A stretch of 64,000 bases of DNA, taken from a virus. The DNA is taken from positions 5,492-69,491 of IMG/VR virus record IMGVR_UViG_3300043411_000715; one strand, given 5' to 3'. The notes beneath the pieces were generated by a model, which worked only from the letters and a program-made list of their open reading frames with translations, was not told where the DNA came from and searched no databases. A program made the translations under genes and the position numbers. Below are positions 41,962 through 51,945 of this stretch, in pieces (the first letter of the stretch is position 1; every line of letters begins with the position of its first letter).

Positions 41962-42969
41962 ATGGCTGCTGACACCGAAAAGACCACCGGCATTTCCGCC
42001 GAAGAAGCGCACGCTCGCTCGCTCATGACGCCCGAGGAGCTGGAGATCATGGACTCCGGCCTGGGCGACGATGAGGATTCCGCCGAAGATCGCGATGACG
42101 GAGACGAAGACGAAATCGTCATCGTGGATCACAAGAAGGCCAAGGCCGACGAGAAAGAAGAAGACGGCGACGAGGATGATGAGGCCGATGACGAAGAGCC
42201 AGCGGAAGACGACGAGACAAAGGACGCCGCGGGCGCCGACGATGGCAGTGGCGACGGTACCGAAGATCCCAGCGATGCCCCTGCGCCGAAGCCGACCTAT
42301 GTCCTGCCCGAGGATCATCAGGCGCGCCGCGAGGCCTTGGACATCCGGTTTGCCGAACTGGAAACCAAGTTCGACGAGGGCGACATCCAGCGCGCCGAAT
42401 ATGCCGCCGAGAACCGCAAGCTCATGCGCGAACAGGCCGATCTCGATCGTGAGCAGATGCGCGCCGATACGGCGCTCGATGCCTATCAAGCGCGCGTGTC
42501 AGCCATGTGGAAGGATGCGTTCGACAAGCACATGGCCTGGGCAGCCACGGCCGAGGGCGGTGGCGTGAAGTACGGCCCGAGCGAGTCGCTGCGCGTCCTG
42601 CTCGGCGCTGAGGCCGACAAGATCGCCGGCGCGAACCCGAATCTGGCCCCGGCCGCCGTGTGGCGTCAGGCCGACGCCGCGGTGCGCGAAAGTCTGGGCC
42701 TGAACATGCCGGCGCCAGGCCAGGCCGCAGTCAAGCCAACCGTGGATGACGCGGCAGCGAAGCAGGCCAAGGCCGACAAGGCCAAGGCGCGCACGCAAGA
42801 CAAGTCGCAGGTACCGCAGAACCTGGGCGGCGTCACCGGTGAGTCGGCCGAATCGGATGTGAGCGGCAACGAGTTCGCCTACCTGGACAAGCTGCAGGGC
42901 GAGGCGTTCGAGGCGGCGTTCGCCAAGCTGTCGCCGGCCAAGCGCGAAGCCTACATGGCGATGGAATGA
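41962..42969 (+). CDS. Capsid scaffolding protein
   Basis: Highly acidic N-terminus, coiled coil, between portal and capsid. Confidence 0.7.
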   Translation: MAADTEKTTGISAEEAHARSLMTPEELEIMDSGLGDDEDSAEDRDDGDEDEIVIVDHKKAKADEKEEDGDEDDEADDEEPAEDDETKDAAGADDGSGDGTEDPSDAPAPKPTYVLPEDHQARREALDIRFAELETKFDEGDIQRAEYAAENRKLMREQADLDREQMRADTALDAYQARVSAMWKDAFDKHMAWAATAEGGGVKYGPSESLRVLLGAEADKIAGANPNLAPAAVWRQADAAVRESLGLNMPAPGQAAVKPTVDDAAAKQAKADKAKARTQDKSQVPQNLGGVTGESAESDVSGNEFAYLDKLQGEAFEAAFAKLSPAKREAYMAME

Positions 42970-43178
42970 CGCACACCGTGCGCCTGATCGACCTGCGTCC
43001 CGGCGATGCCGTCTCCGTGACCGGTGAAGCCCGGATCGAGGTCGTCCACAAGTCGGGGCGCGTGACCCGGCTGCGCATCACCGCGCCGCCCGAGGTTGTG
43101 ATCTGGCAGCACGGCGGCCTGGCCAACGATGCGCTGATGCGCGAGCTTGTGAAGTCCGAATCCCGCATGCCCCAATAG
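42966..43178 (+). CDS. Small CsrA-fold-like protein
   Basis: 'LRPGDAVSV.G...IEVV..SG..TRLRITAPPEV.I' resembles CsrA beta strands. Confidence 0.5.
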   Translation: MTHTVRLIDLRPGDAVSVTGEARIEVVHKSGRVTRLRITAPPEVVIWQHGGLANDALMRELVKSESRMPQ

Positions 43179-43243
43179 CGCTGCCCGCATGGAGCGCATG
43201 AGTGCCCTGACGGTTGGAATCCATCAACCCACAGGAGTAATTC

Positions 43244-44359
43244 ATGGCTCGTACCATCGTCGGGGTCAACGACCCCAAAGCAGTCAAGAAGTACAGCGCC
43301 GCACTGGCGCTGGACGCATCGCAGAAGGCCTACTGGAACGGCCGCTTCATGGGCTCCGGCGCCAATGCCGAGGTGCCGCTGCAGGTCCACACGGACCTGG
43401 AGCAGGACGCCGGTGAGGAGATCAAGTACGACCTGCTGGCCGAGCTGCGCATGGAGCCGGTCGAAGGTGACGACATCCTCGAAGGCAAGGAAGAAAACCA
43501 GCGCTTCTACACCGACTCGGTGTACGTCGATCAGGCCCGTTGTGGCGTGAATACCGGCGGGCGCATGACGCGCAAGCGCACGATTCACAACCTGCGCGAG
43601 AAGGCCAAGCGCCAGCAGTCGGGCTGGTGGGCGCGCTTCTTCGATGAGCTGGTGTTCATCTACCTGAGCGGCGCGCGCGGAGTGAACGACAACTTCATCA
43701 CCCGCCTGGGCTACGCCGGCCGTGCCGGCAACACCCTGGTAACGGCGGACACGAACCACTACTTCTGCGGTGGCTCGGCAACGGCGTTCAACAACATCGC
43801 CGCGGGCGACAAGATGGACCTGGCGCTGATTGACAAGCTGGTGACCCGCGCTGAAACGCAAGGTGGCGGCGCGACTGATGTACCGGTGCTGCAGCCGTGC
43901 ATGGTGGATGGCGAGGAGCACTTCGTGTTCGTCATGCACAAGTTCCAGGAGGACGACCTGCGCAAGGCCAGCGGCGGCAACACGTGGCTGGACATCCAGA
44001 AGGCACTGGCCACGGCGATCGGCCGCCAGAGCCCGATCTTCAAGGGTGGCTTGGGCATGTACCGCAACGTGATCCTGCACTCGCACCGCAACGTGATCCG
44101 CTTCAACAACGCGGGCTCTGGCTCCAACGTCGAGGCCGCGCGCTCCCTGTTCCTGGGCGCACAGGCTGGCGTGGTGGCTTTCGGCTCGCCCGGCACCGGC
44201 ATGCGCTTCGACTGGAACGAGGAAACCCGCGACAACAACAACATGGTTGTCATCTCCACGTCGAGCATTTTCGGCGTGAAGAAAACCACCTATGTGACCG
44301 AGGCGGGCGCGCAGGACTTTGGCCTGTTCACCGCGGACACGGCGGCGGCCAGCCGCTGA
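43244..44359 (+). CDS. Major capsid protein (N4-gp56/DUF4043 type)
   Basis: 'MARTIVGVNDPKAVKKYS', 'LFLGAQA', position, AGGAG RBS. Confidence 0.9.
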   Translation: MARTIVGVNDPKAVKKYSAALALDASQKAYWNGRFMGSGANAEVPLQVHTDLEQDAGEEIKYDLLAELRMEPVEGDDILEGKEENQRFYTDSVYVDQARCGVNTGGRMTRKRTIHNLREKAKRQQSGWWARFFDELVFIYLSGARGVNDNFITRLGYAGRAGNTLVTADTNHYFCGGSATAFNNIAAGDKMDLALIDKLVTRAETQGGGATDVPVLQPCMVDGEEHFVFVMHKFQEDDLRKASGGNTWLDIQKALATAIGRQSPIFKGGLGMYRNVILHSHRNVIRFNNAGSGSNVEAARSLFLGAQAGVVAFGSPGTGMRFDWNEETRDNNNMVVISTSSIFGVKKTTYVTEAGAQDFGLFTADTAAASR

Positions 44360-44422
44360 TGAACCACAGACCGGCGGTCAGCCGGTCTGGTCACATCAAC
44401 CCATCATCTTCGGAGAACCATC

Positions 44423-44875
44423 ATGACTTTCGCAAGCAAAAACGACGTCATCAGCAACCGCGTGCCGGCGCCCACCCCGGCTGACTGCGACCTGACCATT
44501 CCGGCCTTCACGCAGAACTGCGTGACTGCCGACTCGGCGCTCAACAACGTCGGAGTCATCGGCATCCTGCCCGCCGGCTACCTGCCCAAGTTCGCCAGCG
44601 TCGATTCGCTGGCCGGCCTTGGCGGTTCTGCGGCGGTGTCTGTGGGTGTGCTCAATGCCGCGGGCACCGACATTTCGACGGCTGCCGAGGATGGCGGGGC
44701 GGCCTGGCTGACGGCCCAGTCGGTCGGCAGTGCGGCTGTTGGCTCCATCACGCGCACAGCGGCCATGGCCAAGGTCAAGCGCTCGAACGTCGATCGCAAG
44801 ATCGCCGTCAAGTTCACGACCGCAGGTTCTGCGGCTGGCGATCTGACGCTGAACCTTGCCTACAGCGCGAACTGA
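44423..44875 (+). CDS. Capsid decoration/cement-like virion protein
   Basis: Ala/Gly/Val-rich 150 aa directly after the capsid gene. Confidence 0.6.
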   Translation: MTFASKNDVISNRVPAPTPADCDLTIPAFTQNCVTADSALNNVGVIGILPAGYLPKFASVDSLAGLGGSAAVSVGVLNAAGTDISTAAEDGGAAWLTAQSVGSAAVGSITRTAAMAKVKRSNVDRKIAVKFTTAGSAAGDLTLNLAYSAN

Positions 44876-44894
44876 TTTTCAGCAGCAGCGACTT

Positions 44895-44933
44895 GGGGTT
44901 GGCGCGGCAAAGCGCTCTGCCGGCCCCTTTTTT
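44895..44933 (+). terminator. Intrinsic terminator
   Basis: GGGGTTGGC...GCCGGCCCC followed by a T run. Confidence 0.6.
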
Positions 44934-44947
44934 GAACGGAGAACGAT

Positions 44948-45268
44948 ATGCGTCTACTGACCGAACTTCCCCCGCGCGTCGATGGTGTTGTGTTGCTGCA
45001 GGGCTCGCGCGAGTACGAATTCAAGCCCGCCGCTGATGGCCTGGCCTGCGACATCGAGGACGAGGCCGACTTGGCGCTGGCGCTGGGCTCTGGCAACTTC
45101 TACCCGGCTGACAAAGCCGATGAGAAGCGTGCCATGGAAATTGCCGAAGACACGGGCGAGGACGACCTGGACGACGACCTGGCAAGCGACGAAAACGCTC
45201 CGCCGATCGAGGGCAAAACCGAACCCAAGCCAAAGCGCAAATACACCAAGCGGGCGCCCACCGAGTAA
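44948..45268 (+). CDS. Hypothetical protein
   Basis: GGAG RBS; 106 aa. Confidence 0.7.
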   Translation: MRLLTELPPRVDGVVLLQGSREYEFKPAADGLACDIEDEADLALALGSGNFYPADKADEKRAMEIAEDTGEDDLDDDLASDENAPPIEGKTEPKPKRKYTKRAPTE

Positions 45269-45271
45269 GCC

Positions 45272-45883
45272 ATGCGCCAGCTTTCCGACTTGTACCCGAT
45301 GATCGTGCCGCACGTGCCGGGGGCGCCTGACCCACTGATTCGTGCGCACTGCGCGCTGGCGGCTCGCCAGCTGTGCAGCGATCTGCGCTGCTGGTCGGAG
45401 TGGCTGGAGCCAGTGCTGGCTCAAGGGCCGGGCACGGAATACGACATGGATGCGCCGATGGGCGCGAACATCATCCTGGTCGAGCGCGTCACGATCGACG
45501 GCAAGGACGACCGCCTGGCGTCTTGGCGCACCTACAAGAACGATCCTTCCGTGGCCGGCGGCGACATGCTGGTGCCAACGTCGCACGTGGCGTTCCAGAT
45601 CGGCAGCAGCGTGCCGGCCGGCTCCGAGATCCGCTTGCGCGTGGTGCTGGAGCCCACACGCGACGCGACCGCGCTGCCCGATCACGTGCTCGATCTGTAC
45701 GGCGAAACCATCGCCAACGGCACCATCGCGTCCTTGATGCTGCTGCCAGGCCAGCCCTTCAGCAACCCACAAATGGCCGGTGTCTATGGCGGCGCCTTCG
45801 CCCAAGCTGTGGCGGGCTCCCACGCGCGCGAATGGCGCTCGCGCACGAACGTGACGCCGCGCACGCGGCCGACGTGGTGCTGA
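45272..45883 (+). CDS. Head-tail adaptor-like virion protein
   Basis: 'VPGAPDP.I...AA..LC', 'IA.GT.A.LM..P.QP.SNP'. Confidence 0.65.
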   Translation: MRQLSDLYPMIVPHVPGAPDPLIRAHCALAARQLCSDLRCWSEWLEPVLAQGPGTEYDMDAPMGANIILVERVTIDGKDDRLASWRTYKNDPSVAGGDMLVPTSHVAFQIGSSVPAGSEIRLRVVLEPTRDATALPDHVLDLYGETIANGTIASLMLLPGQPFSNPQMAGVYGGAFAQAVAGSHAREWRSRTNVTPRTRPTWC

Positions 45884-45884
45884 C

Positions 45885-46544
45885 ATGACGATTGCGGCCT
45901 CCAGAATCATTGCCGACTGCCAGCGCGAGCTGCAGGACGAGGACGGCGTGCGCTGGCCAGCCGCCGAGCTGGTGGGCTACCTGAACGATGGCCAGCACCT
46001 GACGGTTACCTTGAACCGCGGCGCCTCGGCAAAGAACGACGTTCTGACCCTGGTCGAAGGCGTGGAACAGCAGGCTCCAGCCGGCGTGGCCGAGGTCATG
46101 GACGTGCTGACCAACGTCGATGGGCGCAAGCGTGCCGTTCGGCAGGTGGCCCGCTCGATGCTGGATGCCTGCGAGCCGGGGTGGATGGCCAAGACGCCGG
46201 CGGGCGAGGTCGCGCACTTCATGAAGGATGCGCACCTGCCCACGCAGTTCGAGGTCTATCCGCCCGCGCGCGCCGGCGTACGCGTGCTGTGCAAGCTGTC
46301 CATGGAACCGGTCGATGTCGCGCTGCCGGCCGGCCCGACTGCCGCCGCGGTGCTGGGCGACGTGTCCCTGCGCGACGAATTCATTGAGCCGCTGCGCAAC
46401 TACGTGCTGTATCGCGCTTGGTCGAAGGACGCTGAGTACGGCGGCAATGCCGCGCTCGCGCAGGCGCACTACGCGCTTTTCAATGCCGCGCTGGGAGCCG
46501 ATGTCGCGGCGGCCACCACGGCAAACACCAAATCCCCCGCTTAA
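45885..46544 (+). CDS. Head-tail adaptor/tail protein (DUF6682-like)
   Basis: 'LQD.DGVRW...EL..YLNDG', 'YVLYRAWSKDAE'. Confidence 0.7.
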   Translation: MTIAASRIIADCQRELQDEDGVRWPAAELVGYLNDGQHLTVTLNRGASAKNDVLTLVEGVEQQAPAGVAEVMDVLTNVDGRKRAVRQVARSMLDACEPGWMAKTPAGEVAHFMKDAHLPTQFEVYPPARAGVRVLCKLSMEPVDVALPAGPTAAAVLGDVSLRDEFIEPLRNYVLYRAWSKDAEYGGNAALAQAHYALFNAALGADVAAATTANTKSPA

Positions 46545-46560
46545 CCACTGGAGCCCACCC

Positions 46561-46995
46561 ATGATTTCCAACGCCTTCGCCAACGATCTGCTGAAGTTGA
46601 TCTTCAACGCCACCAGCATCTCGAACCTGGCCGACAACGCCGGCTCGTCGCCGTTGACCAACCTGTATATCGCGCTGCACACAGCCGATCCTGGCGCCGC
46701 CGGCAACCAAAGCACCAGCGAGGTGAACTACACCGGCTATGCGCGCCTGTCGGTGGCGCGAGGCGCTGGCGGCTTCACGATCACGTCCAACGTCATGAAC
46801 CCGGCCGCGACGATGGAGTTCGGCGAAATGACCGCCGGCACAACGCAGACTGCCACGCACATGACCATCGGCACGGCGACGAGCGGCTCCGGCAAGGTGC
46901 TGTTTCGCTTCACGATCTCGCCATCAATCTCCCTCCAGGTCAATACCGTTCCGCGTCTGCGCACCACGACGACCCTGACCGCTGTCACGAGCTGA
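46561..46995 (+). CDS. Tail-associated virion protein
   Basis: 'LYIALHTADPG..G.Q.TSEV.Y.GYAR'. Confidence 0.7.
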   Translation: MISNAFANDLLKLIFNATSISNLADNAGSSPLTNLYIALHTADPGAAGNQSTSEVNYTGYARLSVARGAGGFTITSNVMNPAATMEFGEMTAGTTQTATHMTIGTATSGSGKVLFRFTISPSISLQVNTVPRLRTTTTLTAVTS

Positions 46996-47000
46996 TTGGC

Positions 47001-48014
47001 ATGTCGGCCCTGGCGGAATTTGCACTGGCCGAGATCGGGGATGCCGAGCTGGCGCTTGACAGCCGTTGGTACGCCGATATTGCAGCCGCATCCAGCCCGT
47101 TGTTCACGGCTTCGGCTAGTGGTGGGCGGGTTGTGTACGCGAGCGCCAGTGCGTCGCTCGGCGTGGCAGAACAGGATCACGTCTCGCGCGTGGTCACGCA
47201 GCCGGCAACGGCGGATGCAACGTTCTATGCCAGCGCTGGCGGACAGTTGATCGCCAATATCGACCCAAAACAGAACTGGGTCTGGACGCCGGCCGCCGAT
47301 GGATCGCGCGCCCTGTTGTCGGGCGGCACGGCCAGCCTGAGCTTTACGGCCGATGCCGTGCCGGTGGGCGATGGGATTTTTGGCGTTGCCAGTTGGGCCT
47401 GGTCGAGTTCAGCCGTCGGCCAGGCGTTCGCCAACGGTGTCGGAGCGACCAGCTTGAGCTTTTCTGCGGTGCCAAGCATGCAGTCGATAAGCAATGCCGC
47501 CGGCCTGGCTTCGCTGTTTTGGTCTGGTGCGAGTAGCGGCGGCGCGGCGCAGATGCGCGTCGGGTACGCCGAGTTCGGCTTCGGATCGCAGGCGCAGGCG
47601 CAATCGTGGAGATGGCTGGACGCTGGCGCAAGCTGGAGCTTTGCGGCCATCGGCGTACTGCAGGCCCGTCGCAGCGCGGCAGGGGCGGCGGCCATGGGTT
47701 GGACTCAACAAGGGCGGCTTGACGCGAAGACGTTTTTGCCGAGCCAGGCCGCCGCAGAAGCTCTGTTTCTGACCGGGGCTGGCAGCGGCATGGTGGCCGG
47801 TATCAACGCCTTCGCCCCCGTGGGGTTTTCGGCTACCGCCCGCATCAACACAGTTCAGTCCTCGCAGGGGCTGGCATCGCTGCTGTTCGAGACGATCGGC
47901 AAGCCGGGCGGCGCGCTGTTCACCAGCCTGCTGCGCGCGCGCGAGGGCTTTGTCGTGCCGGCCGCGCAAGAGGCCTGGCGCGTTGCGCCCGACCCTGAAT
48001 TGGAGGATGTGTGA
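47001..48014 (+). CDS. Ala/Gly/Ser-rich repetitive virion (fibre-like) protein
   Basis: Periodic aromatic residues in small-residue repeats. Confidence 0.6.
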   Translation: MSALAEFALAEIGDAELALDSRWYADIAAASSPLFTASASGGRVVYASASASLGVAEQDHVSRVVTQPATADATFYASAGGQLIANIDPKQNWVWTPAADGSRALLSGGTASLSFTADAVPVGDGIFGVASWAWSSSAVGQAFANGVGATSLSFSAVPSMQSISNAAGLASLFWSGASSGGAAQMRVGYAEFGFGSQAQAQSWRWLDAGASWSFAAIGVLQARRSAAGAAAMGWTQQGRLDAKTFLPSQAAAEALFLTGAGSGMVAGINAFAPVGFSATARINTVQSSQGLASLLFETIGKPGGALFTSLLRAREGFVVPAAQEAWRVAPDPELEDV

Positions 48015-48313
48015 TGGCCCTCGTTGGCAAGGACACCAAGCAGCCCGACGAGGTGCTGGATTGGGATGTGGATTTTGGCGACTGGATGCGCCCAGGCGAC
48101 ACCATCGACATGGTGACGGCCAGCGTGCGCGTGCTCTCCGGCCCGGACACCACGCCATTGATTGTGGATCAGGTGCAGAACACGACGACGCTATCCAAAG
48201 TGTGGCTGTCCGGCGGCGCCAGCGGCGCCAAGTACCGCGTCGAGCTGGAAGTGCGTACCGTCGCCGGGCGCGTGAAAGAGGCCGAGTTCGACATTGCGGT
48301 AAAGGAGACTTGA
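48014..48313 (+). CDS. Fibre-tail adaptor-like protein
   Basis: 'KQPDEVLDWDVDF.DW', 'VWLSGG..G..Y.V...T..GR'. Confidence 0.7.
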   Translation: MALVGKDTKQPDEVLDWDVDFGDWMRPGDTIDMVTASVRVLSGPDTTPLIVDQVQNTTTLSKVWLSGGASGAKYRVELEVRTVAGRVKEAEFDIAVKET

Positions 48314-48314
48314 G

Positions 48315-49238
48315 ATGGCGCAGAAATTTGCCAACGCCGCGCGAGCCGCCTTGAGCGCTGGCATTGCCGCTGGCGACACCACGCTAACTTTGGATGATGG
48401 CGCGGACTTCCCGGAAGCGACGGTTGGCACTGGCGCGCTGTCTTCGGGCGACTGGTTCAAGATCGTGCTGCAGGACACGTCCGGCATCGAGATTTGCTAC
48501 GTCCGCACGCATGCCGTGGCGACGACGCCAAACACCCTAAGCAACGTGATGCGCGGGCAGGAGGGCACGACGGCGCGGGCTTTCTCGGCTGGGTCGGTGG
48601 TTGGCCTGCGCATGACGGCGGCCGACATCGACAAGCTGGCCGGGATCGAAGCCGGCGCGCAGGTCAACACGGTTTCCAGCGTGGCCGGCAAGACCGGTGC
48701 CGTGACGTTGACCAACACCGACGTGGGCGCCGCTCCCGTCAACACCACCCTGACCGACGCCGCCGCAGCCAGCACCTTGCCTGCCACCACGTCAACGGCC
48801 CTGACGGCGCTGCTGCAGACCGTGCGCGACTGCCTCAAATGGCTGCTGGCAAACACCCTGCAGCTGTCGGGCGCGCAAACCGCAGCCGGCGTCAAAACCT
48901 TCAGCGACCGCAGCGTGCACGCCGGGGCCTACACGCCCAGCCTGACGCCTGCGCACAGCGCCACGCCGACGTTTGATTGCGCGGCCAGCAACTCGTTTGA
49001 GCCAGGCGTAATGACGTCCAACGTGACGTCCCTCACGATGTCCAACCCAGTGGCAGGCCAGACCGTGCAAATCATCCGCAAGCAAGACTCCACGGGCGGG
49101 CGCACGCACGCCGTGCCCAGCGGGGCCAAGATCGACGGCAGCATCAACACCGGGGCCAACCGGGTGAGCATCCTCGTGATGACGTACTACGGGGCTGGGT
49201 CGATGTGGATTGGCAACTGGCTTCAAATCCCAGCCTAG
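48315..49238 (+). CDS. Tail fibre/spike protein
   Basis: 'RGQEGTTARAF', 'VSSVAGKTGAVTL', 'QD.TGGRT'. Confidence 0.75.
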   Translation: MAQKFANAARAALSAGIAAGDTTLTLDDGADFPEATVGTGALSSGDWFKIVLQDTSGIEICYVRTHAVATTPNTLSNVMRGQEGTTARAFSAGSVVGLRMTAADIDKLAGIEAGAQVNTVSSVAGKTGAVTLTNTDVGAAPVNTTLTDAAAASTLPATTSTALTALLQTVRDCLKWLLANTLQLSGAQTAAGVKTFSDRSVHAGAYTPSLTPAHSATPTFDCAASNSFEPGVMTSNVTSLTMSNPVAGQTVQIIRKQDSTGGRTHAVPSGAKIDGSINTGANRVSILVMTYYGAGSMWIGNWLQIPA

Positions 49239-49250
49239 GAGGGCAAACGA

Positions 49251-49856
49251 ATGCCACGAGGAATTTACATCAGAACGCCGGAATACAGGCAGAAGCTGCG
49301 TGACGCTTGGTATTCGAGCGACAAGTGCGCTGCGCATATCAAGACTTTGGCCCAAGCGTCTCAAACGCCAGAGGCCAACGCCAAGAGGTCGGTGTCTCTC
49401 AAAAAAACCCTTAGCACACCAGAGGCCAGAAAGATCAAGTCAGATGCTGCGACTGGGCGCCAAGTTAATGACCACACAAGGGAAAAAATTCGCCGCGCAC
49501 TCACCAAGTTGACGCCAGATCAAAGGGCCGCAAATAAACGCGTTACCAGAATTTTCTCGAACCAGCTTCGGAGAATTCTAAAAAAGATGAGCATCAGGAA
49601 GAGCGCAACCGCAGAGCAAATCCTTGGCTACACGCGGGGCCAGCTTAAGCGACACCTTGAAGCGCAGTTTCGGGCGGGTATGTCATGGGAGTCCGGAGGG
49701 TTCCACGTTGACCACATAAAGCCCGTCGCAGCGTTTTTGCGCGAAGGCGTTACCAATCCAGCGGTCATTCACGCACTAGACAACTTGCAAATTCTGACGC
49801 CGCACGAAAACTTAACGAAATCAGACAAGTTCCCGTTTCTACAGGTGCCGGCATGA
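49251..49856 (+). CDS. HNH homing endonuclease with NUMOD-like N-terminus
   Basis: 'HLEAQF..GMSWE...FHVDHIKP...HALDNLQ.L...ENL.K'; low GC. Confidence 0.85.
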   Translation: MPRGIYIRTPEYRQKLRDAWYSSDKCAAHIKTLAQASQTPEANAKRSVSLKKTLSTPEARKIKSDAATGRQVNDHTREKIRRALTKLTPDQRAANKRVTRIFSNQLRRILKKMSIRKSATAEQILGYTRGQLKRHLEAQFRAGMSWESGGFHVDHIKPVAAFLREGVTNPAVIHALDNLQILTPHENLTKSDKFPFLQVPA

Positions 49857-50443
49857 GCTTCGCTGTTAGACCCATTGGGCTTTACAAGGGCATGCGCTGG
49901 GAGTACGTCGGCGCGGGCGCGCTGGCGTCTGGCACGGACACCGTTACGGTCAATTTCCCGACCACGGCGCAGGCTGGTGATCTGGCGGTGTTTTGCGGCT
50001 CTGTCAAGTACTCTGGATCGCCGCCATCGGGCTGGACGCTGATTGCGTCGGGCTCGACGCAGCAGGCGTACAAGGTTTGCGCAGGCGGCGAAACGTCAAC
50101 AACGTTCACCTCAAACATATTGTCGGGCGTGGGCCAAATCCTTCTGTTCCGACCGTCGGGCGGCGCTGCGTCCTTGTACGACGGCAAAACAGACAACCCC
50201 ACCGCCAATCGCAGCATGAGCGCGGGCGCTTCACCATCGGTGATCGTGGCCATCGGCAACAACACAGGATCGGTAGCGTCGTGGAGCCCGACCCTGCCGG
50301 GCTCGTGGAGCGTGGTGCAAAACCGTAGCACAAGCCCTGCCCTGTACGTGGCCTGGCGCTTGATGGAGCCGGGCGAATCGACCGGCACGATGTACCTGGG
50401 CGTAAATGGCCGCCAAACCTTCGGCATCTGGGGCATCACATGA
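49853..50443 (+). CDS. Putative tail fibre tip/receptor-binding protein
   Basis: 'QAGDL', 'PPSGWTLI'; Ser/Gly/Thr beta-rich. Confidence 0.55.
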   Translation: MSFAVRPIGLYKGMRWEYVGAGALASGTDTVTVNFPTTAQAGDLAVFCGSVKYSGSPPSGWTLIASGSTQQAYKVCAGGETSTTFTSNILSGVGQILLFRPSGGAASLYDGKTDNPTANRSMSAGASPSVIVAIGNNTGSVASWSPTLPGSWSVVQNRSTSPALYVAWRLMEPGESTGTMYLGVNGRQTFGIWGIT

Positions 50444-50958
50444 CGCTGCACCTCCTGCGCCTGCACCTCATGCAATCGCGCCCAGTGCGCCGCTGGTGCG
50501 CCCTGCGCGCCCGAGCGGCCCGTTGGCTGTTCGGCACGCCCACAACGGTGCTGGAGGTGCTCAATGCCGGCCTGCTGCTGGTGTGGGCGCTGGCCGTGCT
50601 CGATGACCGGCTGATCGCGCTGCCGCTGTACTCGACGGCCTTCCGGCTGTACGAGTCGAGTTGGGCCAATGAAGCGGTGTCCGCCGTGTTCTTTGTCGCG
50701 CTGCTCTTCGCCCTGACCGGCATCCGCCGCCACGGGGGCCGCTATGACGTGCTGGCCGGCTACGCGCTGCAGCTCAGCGCCTTGTTGTGGACATGCGTGG
50801 CCGCGAACTTCCTCGGTGCTTACCCGCCGCTGAACACCGGCGCGGTGGCCTATGCGCTGATCGCGCTGATGTGCTGGACATGCGGATGCCACTTGTGGAC
50901 GCGCGGGAAGATGTGTCGCCGCGCGCGCAAGCGTGCGGGCGAGGTGGGGCGTGAATGA
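50440..50958 (+). CDS. Four-TM membrane protein in the lysis cassette
   Basis: Four hydrophobic segments. Confidence 0.65.
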   Translation: MTLHLLRLHLMQSRPVRRWCALRARAARWLFGTPTTVLEVLNAGLLLVWALAVLDDRLIALPLYSTAFRLYESSWANEAVSAVFFVALLFALTGIRRHGGRYDVLAGYALQLSALLWTCVAANFLGAYPPLNTGAVAYALIALMCWTCGCHLWTRGKMCRRARKRAGEVGRE

Positions 50959-51353
50959 CGCTCGATCAGTTCCTGCGGTCCACCGTGCAACTGGCCATCG
51001 CGGGCGCGCTGGTGGGCGGGCTGCGTGCGGGGGTGATGAGCTGGCGCAAAAACGGCAAGGCGCGAGCCGTGTCGGATGCGCTGATCGGCGTGGTGTTCGC
51101 CGTGGGCATGGCCGACTGGCTGACCCCGCCAAGCTACCCCAAGCTGGCCGCGCTGATCGGCCTGCTGGCCGGCACCACTGGGGCGCGGGCGCTGGATGCT
51201 GCAAGCGAGCTGGTGCCCGAGTTTGTGCGCGAACTGGCGCTGGGGTGGGCACGCAAGATCACCGGGGGCAGTGGGCAGCGTCCGCAGTGGCAGCCACCCA
51301 CTGCCCCGCCGCGTGGGCGCTTCACACGGGACGAGGATCGCAATGACCGCTGA
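50955..51353 (+). CDS. Holin-like membrane protein
   Basis: Three TM segments, charged C-terminus, directly before the endolysin. Confidence 0.7.
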   Translation: MTLDQFLRSTVQLAIAGALVGGLRAGVMSWRKNGKARAVSDALIGVVFAVGMADWLTPPSYPKLAALIGLLAGTTGARALDAASELVPEFVRELALGWARKITGGSGQRPQWQPPTAPPRGRFTRDEDRNDR

Positions 51354-51945
51354 ACAATGGCGCGCTGCGCTGCTGCAACTGGGCGTCATCACCATGGCTG
51401 CTGACGAGTGGGCGCCTGTGTTTGCCGACGAGATGCCGCGCATGGGGCCGCGCACCACGGCGCACTTTGTCTCGCAGGTGTTGCACGAGTCGGGTGGGCT
51501 GCGCTACCTGGCCGAGAACCTGAACTACAGCGCGGAGCGCCTGTGCGCGGTATGGCCCAAGCGCTTTCCGAACGCTGACCGCGCCAGGCCCTACGCCCAC
51601 AACCCCGAAAAGCTGGCCAATTACGTCTACGCCGGGCGCATGGGCAACATCGATCCCGGCGACGGCTGGCGCTATCGCGGGCGCGGCCTGATCCAGATTA
51701 CCGGGCGCGACAACTACGCGCTGGTGCAAGAGCTGACCGGCCTGCAAACGCTGGACGATCCCGACTTGCTGTGCGAGCCCGGGCCGGCGTTGCTGTCGGC
51801 GCTGGCGTGGTGGGGCGAGTCGGTGCCCGACGCCGAAAACCTGAGCGTGGAGCAGGTGACGCGCCGCGTGAATGGCGGCACGAATGGCCTTGACGACCGG
51901 CGCCGATTGTTTGAGCGCGCGCTGCGCGTGTTGGAGGACGCATGA
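51343..51945 (+). CDS. Endolysin, glycoside hydrolase family 19
   Basis: 'HFVSQVLHES', 'ENLNYS', 'YRGRGLIQITGRDNY', 'VTRRVNGG.NGL.DR'. Confidence 0.92.
   Translation: MTAEQWRAALLQLGVITMAADEWAPVFADEMPRMGPRTTAHFVSQVLHESGGLRYLAENLNYSAERLCAVWPKRFPNADRARPYAHNPEKLANYVYAGRMGNIDPGDGWRYRGRGLIQITGRDNYALVQELTGLQTLDDPDLLCEPGPALLSALAWWGESVPDAENLSVEQVTRRVNGGTNGLDDRRRLFERALRVLEDA

Noticed and set aside
31026-42122. Long antisense ORFs (833, 577, 827 aa) opposite replication, terminase and portal genes
   Set aside because: Same shadow-ORF effect; the sense genes have clear family motifs
49251-49856. Group I intron or intein around the HNH genes
   Set aside because: Flanking genes end and start normally with stops, RBS and overlaps; no room for an intron core; no Hint motifs seen
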